Source: Vicinamibacteria bacterium (GTDB taxonomy: Bacteria; Acidobacteriota; Vicinamibacteria; Vicinamibacterales; CAVVIG01). From it: 60,725 nucleotides of DNA. The stretch spans positions 1 through 60,725 of the forward strand of contig JBGPKK010000005.1 of assembly GCA_041485905.1 (NCBI GenBank). Direction: 5' to 3'. Numbering within the stretch: position 1 is the stretch's first letter; the number at the start of each line of letters is the position of its first letter. The translations under genes and the position numbers were made by a program. Below the pieces are notes generated by a model. It made no database searches and was not told the DNA's origin. It was given only the letters and a program-made list of their open reading frames with translations. Positions 9,404 through 18,712 of this stretch are shown one piece after another.

Positions 9404-9860
9404 AACGGTACATCAGCGTCCCGACGATCGACTCCTGCATCGTTAACGGGCTGGTCAGCGTCGGTGCGGCGGTCAGCGCGGACACTGTGACCGGCGCCGA
9501 CGTGCCGGGGTGGCGGCCGGGCCCGCTTTCGCGAGTCCGAAGTCCAGCAGCTTCACGCCGCCCTTCGTGAGCATGACGTTGGCAGGCTTCAGATCGCGGT
9601 GGACGATGCCCGCGCGGTCGTGTCGGCCGACGTCCTACAGCGTGCAGATGTGCGGGTGGGCGAGCTTCGAGATGGTGCGGGCTTCGCGATCGAACCGATC
9701 GCGGAACTGCGGATCCGCGGCGAGGTTGCATTAAGGACCTTGATCGCGACCGTGCGCTCCAGTCGCGTGTCGGTGGCTTTGTAAACCTCGCCCATGCCGC
9801 CGGCGCCGAGCGCCCGACGATTTCGTACGGTCCGAGCCGGATACCGGTCGCGAGCGTCAC
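9404..9860 (-). pseudogene. decayed Ser/Thr protein kinase remnant
   Basis: Kinase motifs are split over three frames: [99 protein letters not shown]. In-frame TAG at 9635-9637. Subdomains V-VIa are missing. C-terminal half is absent. Confidence 0.75.
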
Positions 9861-9990
9861 CCCCGGATCCTGTCCATTTCGCCTGCGGATTATGGCTCTG
9901 GAGCTGAGCCGTTCGCGCGGCGGCGTGCTACGATCGTGGTTTCGGAAGTCGCGGGAATTCGCGACCAGAATCTCAAGCACCCTGACACCC

Positions 9991-12945
9991 ATGGCGCACG
10001 ACTGGATTGCGGTGCGCGGCGCGCGCGTCCACAACCTGAAAAACATCGACGTCGATATCCCGCGGCACAAGCTTGTGGTCATCACGGGCCTGTCCGGCTC
10101 GGGCAAATCGTCGCTGGCCTTCGACACGATTTACGCCGAGGGGCAGCGCCGGTACGTCGAGTCGCTCTCGGCGTACGCGCGCCAGTTCCTCGAACAAATG
10201 GAGAAGCCCGACGTCGATTCGATCGACGGGCTCTCCCCGGCGATTTCGATCGAGCAGAAGACGACTGGGTCCAACCCAAGGTCCACGGTTGGGACCGTCA
10301 CGGAAATCTACGATTACCTCCGGCTGCTGTTTGCGAACATCGGCGTCCCGCACTGTCCCAACTGCGGCAAAGCCATCACGTCCCAGTCGCTCGAGCGTAT
10401 CGTCGACATGGTGATGCTCTATCCGCAGGACGAGCGCATCAACGTGCTGGCGCCGCTCGTGCGCGGCCGGAAGGGGGAGTTCAAGAAGGAGCTCGCCGGA
10501 CTGCGCGCGCGCGGGTTCACCAAGGCGCGCATCGACGGTCAGTTCCGCGCGCTCGAGGAGGACATCAAGCTGGATCGCCGCCGCAATCACACGATCGAGG
10601 TTGTCGTCGATCGCGTGATCGTGCGGGGAGGGGTCGAGCGCCGCTTGACCGAATCGATCGACATGGCGTTGAACCTCGCCGAAGATATCGTGGTCATCAA
10701 CTCGTTCGACGGCGGGGACCGGCTCTTCTCGCGAAAACTGGCGTGCGTCGACTGCGGGATCAGTATGCCAGAGATGACGCCGCGCGCCTTCTCGTTCAAC
10801 TCGCCGCACGGCGCCTGCGCCGACTGCCAGGGCCTTGGCGCGACGATCGATTTCGATCCGCAGCGGGTCGTGCCGGACGAATCGCGATCGCTCGCGGACG
10901 GCGCGATCGCGCCGTGGAACAGGGGCGATCGCCGGTTCGTTCGCGACGCGCTGCAGGGGTTGAGCCGCAACTTCGGCATCGACCTCACGGTGGCCTTCGG
11001 CAAGCTGCCGCGCAAGGCGCGCGAAGTGCTGCTCTTCGGAAGCGGCACCAGCAAGGGCGCGTTCGAAGGACTGATCCCGAACCTGCGGCGGCGGTACGAG
11101 GAGGGCAGTTGGGCGGATCAGGAGGAGCTCGAGGGGTTCCGATCGCTGCGGCCCTGCCCGACGTGCCGCGGCGAACGTCTGAAAACGCAGAGCCTGTCGG
11201 TGAAGGTCAAAGGCCGCACGATCGCCGACCACGTGAACCTGCCGATTTCCGAAGCTCAGAAGGTTGTCGAGAGCCTGCAGTTGACCGATCGGGAAGCGAT
11301 CATTGCCGAGCGCCTGCTCAAAGAGATTCACGATCGGCTGCGGTTCCTGAACGACGTCGGCGTCGGGTATCTGACACTCGGCCGGAGCGCGGCTACGCTA
11401 TCGGGCGGCGAGGGGCAGCGGATCCGGCTGGCCACGCAAATCGGCGCGAACCTCACCGGCGTGCTGTACGTCCTCGACGAGCCGTCGATCGGACTGCATC
11501 AACGCGACAACCGCAAGTTGCTGGCGACGCTGTCGCGGCTCCGCGACCTTGGCAATACGGTCATCGTCGTCGAGCACGATGAAGAGACGATCCGCACGGC
11601 CGATTACGTGATCGATCTCGGTCCCGGCGCCGGGGAGCACGGCGGAGAGGTGATCTTTCAGGGCACGCCGAAGGCGCTAATGGAAAGCGCCACCGAAGCG
11701 GAAAGGGCCACGGAAAAGGGGTCGGGAGTCGTTTCCAGCGGTGACGCCGGGGACGAATTTGGCTCAAAAACAGGCCTGAAAGTGGGTAGAACGGCCGTGG
11801 AAAAGGGGTCGGGAGTCGTAGAAAAGGGGTCAGGAATCCCCTTTTCTTTGACTGGCGCCTATCTCATCGGCGCGCGCTCGATCGCCACGCCGACCGTGCG
11901 GCGGCCGCAGCTGCGGGGCGACATCGTCATTCGCGGCGCTCGGGCCAACAATCTGAAGAACATCGACGTCCGGATCCCCCTCGGCGTGCTGACGGCCGTG
12001 ACGGGGGTCAGCGGATCGGGCAAATCGACACTCGTCAACGACATCCTCTATGCGTCGCTGGCGCGGACGCTGTACAGGGCCGCCGCCGAGCCCGGCGCGC
12101 ACGATCGCATCGAGGGCGTCGAACTGGTCGACAAGGTCATCGAGATCGATCAGTCGCCGATCGGCCGGACGCCGCGGTCCAATCCGGCGACGTATACGGG
12201 CCTCTTCACCTTCATCCGCGATTTGTTCGCGATGATGCCCGACGCCAAAGCGCGCGGCTTCAGGCCGGGCCGCTTCTCGTTCAACGTGAAAGGGGGGCGC
12301 TGCGAAGCGTGCCAGGGCGACGGCGTGATGGCGATCGAAATGCACTTCCTGCCCGACGTCTACGTCACCTGCGAGCAGTGCAAGGGCCGCCGGTACAACA
12401 CGGAGACGCTCGAGATCAGATACCGCGGGAAATCGATCGCCGAGGTCCTCGATCTCACCGTCGATCAGGCGCTGCCGCTGCTCGAGAACTTCCCGGCGAT
12501 CGCCAACAAGCTGCGCACGCTGCAGGACGTCGGACTCGGCTACATCGAACTCGGACAGTCGGCGACGACGCTGTCGGGTGGAGAGGCGCAGCGGGTCAAG
12601 CTGTCGAAAGAGCTGTCGAAGCGCGGCACCGGCCGGACGTTGTACATCCTCGATGAGCCGACCACCGGCCTGCACTTCGAAGACACGCGCAAGCTGCTCG
12701 ACGTGCTGCACAAACTGGTCGACCAAGGCAATACGATTGTCGTCATCGAGCACAACCTCGACGTCATCAAGGCGGCCGACTACCTCATCGATCTCGGACC
12801 TGAAGGCGGCGCCGCCGGCGGACGGATCGTGGGTGAGGGGACCCCCGAAGAAGTCGCTCGTAACGAGCAGTCGGCGACGGGTCGATTCCTGGCCGGCCTC
12901 CTCGCCGACGAGGCGGGACGTCCGATACGTTCCGCTGCGGTCTGA
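9991..12945 (+). CDS. uvrA: excinuclease ABC subunit A
   Basis: Two ABC halves ([20 protein letters not shown]) and Cys zinc modules. Start set at ATG 9991 ([18 protein letters not shown]). Confidence 0.97.
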   Translation: MAHDWIAVRGARVHNLKNIDVDIPRHKLVVITGLSGSGKSSLAFDTIYAEGQRRYVESLSAYARQFLEQMEKPDVDSIDGLSPAISIEQKTTGSNPRSTVGTVTEIYDYLRLLFANIGVPHCPNCGKAITSQSLERIVDMVMLYPQDERINVLAPLVRGRKGEFKKELAGLRARGFTKARIDGQFRALEEDIKLDRRRNHTIEVVVDRVIVRGGVERRLTESIDMALNLAEDIVVINSFDGGDRLFSRKLACVDCGISMPEMTPRAFSFNSPHGACADCQGLGATIDFDPQRVVPDESRSLADGAIAPWNRGDRRFVRDALQGLSRNFGIDLTVAFGKLPRKAREVLLFGSGTSKGAFEGLIPNLRRRYEEGSWADQEELEGFRSLRPCPTCRGERLKTQSLSVKVKGRTIADHVNLPISEAQKVVESLQLTDREAIIAERLLKEIHDRLRFLNDVGVGYLTLGRSAATLSGGEGQRIRLATQIGANLTGVLYVLDEPSIGLHQRDNRKLLATLSRLRDLGNTVIVVEHDEETIRTADYVIDLGPGAGEHGGEVIFQGTPKALMESATEAERATEKGSGVVSSGDAGDEFGSKTGLKVGRTAVEKGSGVVEKGSGIPFSLTGAYLIGARSIATPTVRRPQLRGDIVIRGARANNLKNIDVRIPLGVLTAVTGVSGSGKSTLVNDILYASLARTLYRAAAEPGAHDRIEGVELVDKVIEIDQSPIGRTPRSNPATYTGLFTFIRDLFAMMPDAKARGFRPGRFSFNVKGGRCEACQGDGVMAIEMHFLPDVYVTCEQCKGRRYNTETLEIRYRGKSIAEVLDLTVDQALPLLENFPAIANKLRTLQDVGLGYIELGQSATTLSGGEAQRVKLSKELSKRGTGRTLYILDEPTTGLHFEDTRKLLDVLHKLVDQGNTIVVIEHNLDVIKAADYLIDLGPEGGAAGGRIVGEGTPEEVARNEQSATGRFLAGLLADEAGRPIRSAAV
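11686..11846. repeat. in-frame repeat/hairpin insertion inside uvrA
   Basis: GGAAAAGGGGTCGGGAGTCGT at 11712-11732 and again at 11799-11819. Hairpin GAAAAGGGG-TCAGGAAT-CCCCTTTTC at 11821-11846. Encodes [23 protein letters not shown]. Confidence 0.8.
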
Positions 12946-13156
12946 CGAACGGCCGTGGTAATATCCCCACACCTTGGCGGTTGGACCTGTGGCGCGAACA
13001 CCACAGAGCCTCCTGCTCAAAGGGCGAATCGCCTGTGTTGAGCGCGACTAAGATACTGTTCAGCCTACACGTTACAACGAACGCCTCCCCACGGGGCCGT
13101 CGGGCACTTGTTTTGCTGAGCCACGGTACGCTCACCCCAAGTTGCCCGTGAGGCTC

Positions 13157-14071
13157 ATGGACCCACAGCGCACTCTACGTCGTCAGATTTCCTGCGTCGG
13201 AATCGGTCTTCACTCCGGCAACAAAGTCACGCTGTCATTGAAGCCTGCGCCGTCCGATTTCGGCATCAGGTTTCGCCGTACCGACATCGGCCATCACGAA
13301 GTGCCCGCGACCGTCCACAACCTGGCCGGTATTCAGCTGGCGACGGGGCTGGCGCGCGAGAAAGTGTCGGTCGAGACGGTCGAGCACCTCCTGGCGGCGC
13401 TCGTCAGCACGGGCGTCGACAACGTGATCGTCGAGCTCAACTCGCCGGAAGTGCCGATCATGGACGGCAGCGCGGCGCCGTTCATCTACCTCATTCACGA
13501 GGCGGGCGTGAAACGGCTGCAGACGCCGCGCAAGTACCTGAAGATCATCCGATCGATTTCCATCTCGCGCGGCGACAAGCGCATCGCGCTGTACCCGTCG
13601 GATCACTTCAAGGTCACCTACAGCGTCAGCTACGATCATCCGCTGCTGCGTCATCAGTCCCGCACGCTGCGCATTACTGAAGACTCGTTCGTCGAGGACA
13701 TCGCGCCGGCGAGAACGTTCACGTTCCTGAAGGACGTCGAGATGCTGCGGCAGAACGGCCTCGCGCTCGGCGGCTCGCTCGAGAACGCCATCGTGCTCGG
13801 CGAGACCGGCGTCCTCAACAACCCGCTGCGGTTCGAAGACGAGTTCGTCCGCCACAAGATCCTCGACGCGATTGGCGACCTCGCCCTCGTCGGCTATCCC
13901 GTCATCGGCCACCTCGTCGCTCACCGCGCCGGCCACGCGCTCCACACGGAGTTCGCCGCGAAGATTCTCGAAGAGACGCACGCGTGGCGGCTCGTCGAGG
14001 CCCCGTTCGAACCGGCTTCGCTGCCCGTGGGCTTGCCGGCAAAGCACGCGGTGCCGCGCCTCGCTCACTAG
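13157..14071 (+). CDS. lpxC: UDP-3-O-acyl-GlcNAc deacetylase
   Basis: MDPQRTLRRQISCVGIGLHSGNKV N-terminus, HKILDAIGDLAL, HRAGHALH. Start at ATG 13157. Confidence 0.95.
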   Translation: MDPQRTLRRQISCVGIGLHSGNKVTLSLKPAPSDFGIRFRRTDIGHHEVPATVHNLAGIQLATGLAREKVSVETVEHLLAALVSTGVDNVIVELNSPEVPIMDGSAAPFIYLIHEAGVKRLQTPRKYLKIIRSISISRGDKRIALYPSDHFKVTYSVSYDHPLLRHQSRTLRITEDSFVEDIAPARTFTFLKDVEMLRQNGLALGGSLENAIVLGETGVLNNPLRFEDEFVRHKILDAIGDLALVGYPVIGHLVAHRAGHALHTEFAAKILEETHAWRLVEAPFEPASLPVGLPAKHAVPRLAH

Positions 14072-14196
14072 CCCATCCGTTCGGCATTCCGCGTTTTTGT
14101 CACCATCCTCGGGTCGTCTCTGATATCGTGCACTTTTGTGCGCTCGTCTCGCGACTGAGCGGTGCAGCAAGCCTGCCTGGCTTGAGGAGGAAACGG

Positions 14197-14724
14197 ATGC
14201 GACGTGTACTCTTGTTGCTCGTGGTGGCGGCACTGGCGGTGCCGGCGGCGGTCCTGGCCCAGGCCAAACCTGATTTCTCGGGCACCTGGACGCTCGACAC
14301 AGCGAAAAGCGATCCTCCGCCGCAGCGTGGTGGTGGCGGCGGAGCGCCGGGCGGTGGCGGAGCCCCGGGCGGCGGCGCTGCTCGCGCCGGTGGTGGAGGC
14401 GGCGGGCGCGGGGGCGGCCCTGTGACGATCATGATGATGCCGACCGGTCTGATGATCGGCGACGTCACCTACAAGCTTGATGGCTCGGAGCAGACCGTTC
14501 AGCTGCAGGGCCGCGGAGGTCCCCAGCCGGCCAAGGTCAAGGCACGGTGGGACGACAGCGGCAAGAAGCTTCTCATCGAGACGGTTCGAGAGGCCAACGG
14601 CAACACGATCACGACGAAGGAAGAGCGCTCGCTGAGCGCCGACGGCAAAGAGATGACCGTCGAGACGACCAACGTCACCCCGAACGGTGAGCAGAAGCGG
14701 AAGACGGTCTTCACCAAAGGCTAG
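14197..14724 (+). CDS. secreted hypothetical protein with Gly-rich tract
   Basis: Signal peptide MRRVLLLLVVAALAVPAAVLAQA. GAGGAGGA precedes ATG 14197. About 35 aa of G/A/P low complexity. No family recognised. Confidence 0.65.
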   Translation: MRRVLLLLVVAALAVPAAVLAQAKPDFSGTWTLDTAKSDPPPQRGGGGGAPGGGGAPGGGAARAGGGGGGRGGGPVTIMMMPTGLMIGDVTYKLDGSEQTVQLQGRGGPQPAKVKARWDDSGKKLLIETVREANGNTITTKEERSLSADGKEMTVETTNVTPNGEQKRKTVFTKG

Positions 14725-14737
14725 ACTCGAACGGATC

Positions 14738-14761
14738 GGGGCACGGTTCCAGCCGTGCCCC
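14738..14761. terminator. GC hairpin between convergent genes
   Basis: GGGGCACGG TTCCAG CCGTGCCCC, perfect 9-bp stem, no U tract. Confidence 0.5.
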
Positions 14762-14785
14762 GCCCCGCGTACTGACGGCCGACGG

Positions 14786-16147
14786 TTATCTGACCCAGAG
14801 ATTCTTGATGGTGGTCATCGAGCCGCAGTGCTCGAACCAGTCGATCCCCTCGCTGACCAGGTCAAATTTCAGCGCGTATCGTCCCGGTTGCTTCGGCGCC
14901 GGAATCTCGATCGGCACGTCGAGCGCGCCTCCCGGGCCGAGCGTCTCGGGCAGCCACGCGCGCGCAAAATCCCGGTCGATCACCGTCCCTGCCTCGTCGC
15001 ACAGCTGCGCGCCGAGGCGCACGAGTCGACGGCCGTAGGTGGCCTGCGCGGGAAACGCGCGGGTGGACAGGTTGTGCACGCGCGTGCGCACGCGCAGCGC
15101 GCGACCCGCGCGGGTCATCAGCGGGACGCCTGGCACCAGCGTCCGCACATCAATGCGCGCCCGTGGCATCGCGCCGGGGATCGCGTTGCCGAGATCGTTG
15201 TCGTCCCAGATTTCGTGCCGGATCGATTCGAGCGGCGGCGATCCCGGCACGAACCGGCGCGAGTATCCGGTTTCCGGATGGTCGGTGATTTCCCAACACA
15301 GCCGATCGACGCCGATGTCGGCCGCCAGCTCGCGTGCGCGGTTCATTTCCTCGTCGCTGTCGTTCCAGACGAAGAGGATGTACCGCCAGTTCAGGAACGG
15401 AAGATCCCGGCCGGCCCGGCGCTTCTCCCCGGCCATCGTCCGGAGCGTCTGGATGGCGAGGTCGAAGCGGCCGCGCTGACGGTATTTGACGTAACTCTCC
15501 GGCGTCGCGCCGTCGATCGAGAACGTCACTTCATCGATGCCCGAGTGCACGAGGCGCCTCGCCTGCGCGTCGGTCAGCGCCAGGCCGTTCGTGCTCGTGT
15601 ACAGGTAGATGTGCGGAAAGCGGGACTTGATGTACTCGCACATCTCGACCGCCCGCTTGTGCAGGAACGCTTCACCGTAGTTGAAGAAATCGATGCGTCC
15701 CAGCGACGGACCGGCTTCGTCGATGACGCGGCGGAACAGGTCGAAGTCGAGCATGCCCGCCTGTCGCGTGCGCGTGATGCCGGTCTCGGGCGCGCAGCAG
15801 GCCTCCGCGCACGAGATATTGCACGCGGCGGTGCATTCGACGTAGAGACGCGACGGCAAGGCGCCGGCATCGACGGACCGGACAACCGGCGCGTCGTCTT
15901 TTTTCAGCGGCAGCTTGAGCGCGCAATCGCCGCAGAATTTCGACCCGCCCGCGTTCAGGTCGGTGCGGAGCGCCGAGATGGTCTGTCCCGTCCAGACGTC
16001 GTTCACCGACGCGGTCCGCATGTCGCCGAGCACACGGTGTCCGTAAGGGTCCGCGCAGCCGCAGACCATCCGGCCGTCGCACAACATGACCAGCGTCGTC
16101 CATGGCCACGAACACTGGAAGCGGGTTGACAGGTAATTCAGCGACAT
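14786..16147 (-). CDS. radical SAM enzyme with N-terminal SPASM/twitch-like Cys domain and C-terminal Ig-like domain
   Basis: Core ECTAACNISCAEACC, FFNYGEAFL, YTSTNG, SIDG. N-terminus C..LVMLCDGRMVCGC..LGDM..SVNDVW..LR..CGDC. C-terminus GRYALKFDLVSEGIDWF. Confidence 0.85.
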   Translation of the reverse strand: MSLNYLSTRFQCSWPWTTLVMLCDGRMVCGCADPYGHRVLGDMRTASVNDVWTGQTISALRTDLNAGGSKFCGDCALKLPLKKDDAPVVRSVDAGALPSRLYVECTAACNISCAEACCAPETGITRTRQAGMLDFDLFRRVIDEAGPSLGRIDFFNYGEAFLHKRAVEMCEYIKSRFPHIYLYTSTNGLALTDAQARRLVHSGIDEVTFSIDGATPESYVKYRQRGRFDLAIQTLRTMAGEKRRAGRDLPFLNWRYILFVWNDSDEEMNRARELAADIGVDRLCWEITDHPETGYSRRFVPGSPPLESIRHEIWDDNDLGNAIPGAMPRARIDVRTLVPGVPLMTRAGRALRVRTRVHNLSTRAFPAQATYGRRLVRLGAQLCDEAGTVIDRDFARAWLPETLGPGGALDVPIEIPAPKQPGRYALKFDLVSEGIDWFEHCGSMTTIKNLWVR

Positions 16148-16414
16148 CTACTTCTTCGACAGCCGTCGCATATACGCTTCGAGTTTGTCGTTCTCGTATT
16201 TGACCGTGTTGAGGAACAGGCTCTCGGCGAGGTACGTGCGCCGATCGGCCTCGTCCATTTGATCGATGAGATGTTGAATTTCCTTGACGAGGTCCTCGAA
16301 GGAGCGCTCGAGCTCGCGCTTGGCGGTCACTTCACGATAGAGCGTTTCCAGGACCGCCAGCAGATCGCCGTCGAGCGGGATCGCGGCGCCGGTCGTCGTT
16401 TTAATGGTGTGCAT
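16148..16414 (-). CDS. 88-aa helical hypothetical protein
   Basis: ATG 16414 lies 4 nt after the STAS stop. Its TAG (16148-16150) directly abuts the ATG of the radical SAM gene. No Cys. Charged heptad-like sequence. Confidence 0.65.
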   Translation of the reverse strand: MHTIKTTTGAAIPLDGDLLAVLETLYREVTAKRELERSFEDLVKEIQHLIDQMDEADRRTYLAESLFLNTVKYENDKLEAYMRRLSKK

Positions 16415-16418
16415 GGTG

Positions 16419-16760
16419 CTATACCCCGAAGCTCTTGACCGCGGCCGGCTCGTCGGCATGGATCTCGATGAAGTTCTGCGCGCCGGTCATCGTCAGCATC
16501 GTCTCCACACGCTTCTGGACGCCGGACAGCTTCAGATGTCCGCCCGCGTTGTGAACCTGACGGTAGAGGTCCATCAGACAGCCGATGGTCGCGCTATCCA
16601 CATAGGTGACCGGCGTGAGGTCGATCAGAATCTCGCGCTTGCCGCCGGCAACGAGCCCGCTGACGGCTGAAGAGAAATCCGAGAGGATCGGATACATCAG
16701 GCGTGTCTCGCCCACCCGGACGATCGAGACGCCGCCGGACTGTTCGGTTCTGACATTCAT
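16419..16760 (-). CDS. STAS-domain anti-sigma-factor antagonist
   Basis: ILIDLTPVTYVDSATIGCLMDL contains the conserved phosphorylatable Ser context. Alternative GTG start at 16823 overlaps the sigma stop. Confidence 0.82.
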   Translation of the reverse strand: MNVRTEQSGGVSIVRVGETRLMYPILSDFSSAVSGLVAGGKREILIDLTPVTYVDSATIGCLMDLYRQVHNAGGHLKLSGVQKRVETMLTMTGAQNFIEIHADEPAAVKSFGV

Positions 16761-16822
16761 CAAATGCTCCTCGGTCCGGTTGCCGCCTCCGAAGGCGGGA
16801 AGCCGGACATCATGTACTACCA

Positions 16823-17428
16823 CTACATACGGCTACCGTCACCGCCGAGCCGCTTCACATGCCGTGCAAGCTCGGTGCGCCCCCGGTTGATGCGCGACTT
16901 GACCGTGCCTTCCGGCAAACCGAGCGCGTCGGCGATTTCCTGGTAGGACATCTCCTGGATGTCCCGCATGAGCACGGCGGTCTTGAGCGTGTCGGGCAGC
17001 CTGGCGAGCGCGTGGCGCAGCAGCACGACGCGATCGCGCTGCTCGAGGACCGCGATCGGCCCGGGCTCGTGCGACGTCGGCGTCAGCTCGTTCGCGTCGA
17101 CGTCCCGATCGATGGTCTCGCGCTCCTTGCGGACGCTGCGGTAATGATCGATGCACAGATTGCGGCTGACACTGATCAGCCAGGTCTGAAAGTTGGCCCG
17201 CCGATCGAAGGTGCTGAGAGACTTGAAAATCTTCAGGAAGACGTCCTGGGTGAGGTCTTCCGCTTCGTCGTGCTTCCCGACGAACTTGTACGCGATGTTG
17301 AACACCTTCCGCCAGTACTGGCGAACGATGATCTCCCACGCGGTCTGGTCGCCGCGCAGGCATTGTTGGATGAGCGTCTCGAGGGCATCGCCCGCATAGG
17401 GTGGCGCGCCCAGTGAATCGGTCCACAT
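16823..17428 (-). CDS. ECF-type sigma-70 family sigma factor
   Basis: Region 2 (DLTQDVFLKIF, FQTWLISVSRNLCID) and region 4 (SYQEIADALGLPEGTVKSRINRGR). Start ATG 17428 or GTG 17455. Confidence 0.88.
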   Translation of the reverse strand: MWTDSLGAPPYAGDALETLIQQCLRGDQTAWEIIVRQYWRKVFNIAYKFVGKHDEAEDLTQDVFLKIFKSLSTFDRRANFQTWLISVSRNLCIDHYRSVRKERETIDRDVDANELTPTSHEPGPIAVLEQRDRVVLLRHALARLPDTLKTAVLMRDIQEMSYQEIADALGLPEGTVKSRINRGRTELARHVKRLGGDGSRM

Positions 17429-17456
17429 GAAGGATTGAGTAAAATAGCGTATCACG

Positions 17457-18710
17457 TTGCCTCAACCGACCGGCTTCTATCGACGCGCGAAGGATGAACT
17501 CGTCTGCGACGGCGTGCGGCTCGCCGACGTCGCTGCCGCCGAAGGCACGCCCTTGTACGTCTACAGCGCGGCGGTGCTGCGCGACCGCTACCAGGCCATC
17601 GATGCGGCGTTCGGCGAGTATCCGCACGCGCTGCATTACGCACTGAAGGCGAACTCGGCGCTGGCCCTCGCGCGCCTCGTGCAGAAGCTCGGCGGCGCGG
17701 CGGACGCGAACTCCATCTGGGAAATCGAGCTGGCCCGCAAGGCCGGCTTTGAGAATGCTGCGATTGTATTCACCGGGGTCGGCAAATCGGTCGACGAGCT
17801 TGAATGCGCCGTCTCGCTCGGGCTGAAGGCCATCAACGTCGAATCGGCGGGGGAGCTGGCGCGCGTCGAAGCCATAGCTGAGCGCCTCCATGTCGTGGCC
17901 CGTGTCGCGGTTCGAGTGAATCCGGACATCGATTCGGGAAGCCATCCCCACATTTCGACCGGCCTCAAGATCAACAAGTTCGGCGTGCCGCTCGACGATG
18001 CCCGGGAGTTGTTCTCGACGATCGGCGGGCGTCGCGCGTTGAAGCTGGTCGCCGTGCACGTCCACGTCGGCTCCCAGATCACGACCCTCGAGCCGCTGCG
18101 GCGCGCGGCCGCGATCGCCGCACGCATGTCCGAAGAGCTTCTCGACGCCGGCGTAAGCCTCGAATACGTCGATCTTGGCGGCGGGCTCGGGATTTCGTAC
18201 GACGGCCGTGAAGTCCCATCCGTCGAAGAGTACGTCGGTGCCCTCGTCGGCGAAGTGCGCGCGAGCGGCCTGCCGATTGTCGTCGAGCCAGGCCGGGCGA
18301 TTGCGGGTCCGGCTGGCGTCCTCGTGGCACGGGTCATCGATATCAAGCCGCGCGACGGGTCCAGCGACTTCGTCGTGATCGACGCCGGCATGACGGAGCT
18401 GATGCGGCCGGCGCTCTACGGCGCCTTTCATCGGATCGAACCGGTCGCGCCGCGTGACGCCGCCGAGCGTCAGTACGAGATCGTCGGGCCGGTCTGCGAG
18501 AGCAGCGACGTCGTTGGGCGCGATCGCCGGCTGCCGGCGCTCGAGGTCGGCGATCTGGTCGCCATCCGCGACGCCGGCGCGTACGGATCGGCCATGGCGT
18601 CCAACTACAACCGGCGGCCACTGCCGGCGGAAGTGCTCGTAGACGAAGGGAAATGGCGAGTAATCAGGCGTCGACAGACGTTGGACGACATGCTTTCCCT
18701 CGAGACCTAA
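17457..18710 (+). CDS. lysA: diaminopimelate decarboxylase
   Basis: GTPLYVYS, PLP-Lys context YALKANS, GGGLGI, EPGRAI, CESSD. TTG start at 17457 is uncertain. Confidence 0.93.
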   Translation: MPQPTGFYRRAKDELVCDGVRLADVAAAEGTPLYVYSAAVLRDRYQAIDAAFGEYPHALHYALKANSALALARLVQKLGGAADANSIWEIELARKAGFENAAIVFTGVGKSVDELECAVSLGLKAINVESAGELARVEAIAERLHVVARVAVRVNPDIDSGSHPHISTGLKINKFGVPLDDARELFSTIGGRRALKLVAVHVHVGSQITTLEPLRRAAAIAARMSEELLDAGVSLEYVDLGGGLGISYDGREVPSVEEYVGALVGEVRASGLPIVVEPGRAIAGPAGVLVARVIDIKPRDGSSDFVVIDAGMTELMRPALYGAFHRIEPVAPRDAAERQYEIVGPVCESSDVVGRDRRLPALEVGDLVAIRDAGAYGSAMASNYNRRPLPAEVLVDEGKWRVIRRRQTLDDMLSLET

Positions 18711-18712
18711 AC

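Noticed and set aside
9973-13020. Minus-strand ORFs of 452 and 396 aa, and a + strand alternative-frame ORF of 548 aa
   Set aside because: All lie within uvrA, whose frame is unambiguous.
14687-16129. 480-aa + strand ORF
   Set aside because: It is antisense to the radical SAM gene, which has clear core motifs.
16148-16414. 88-aa protein as a classical SPASM-type RiPP precursor
   Set aside because: It has no Cys, no Gly-Gly or other leader-type cleavage motif, and is long for a precursor. I kept it only as an open possibility in the findings.
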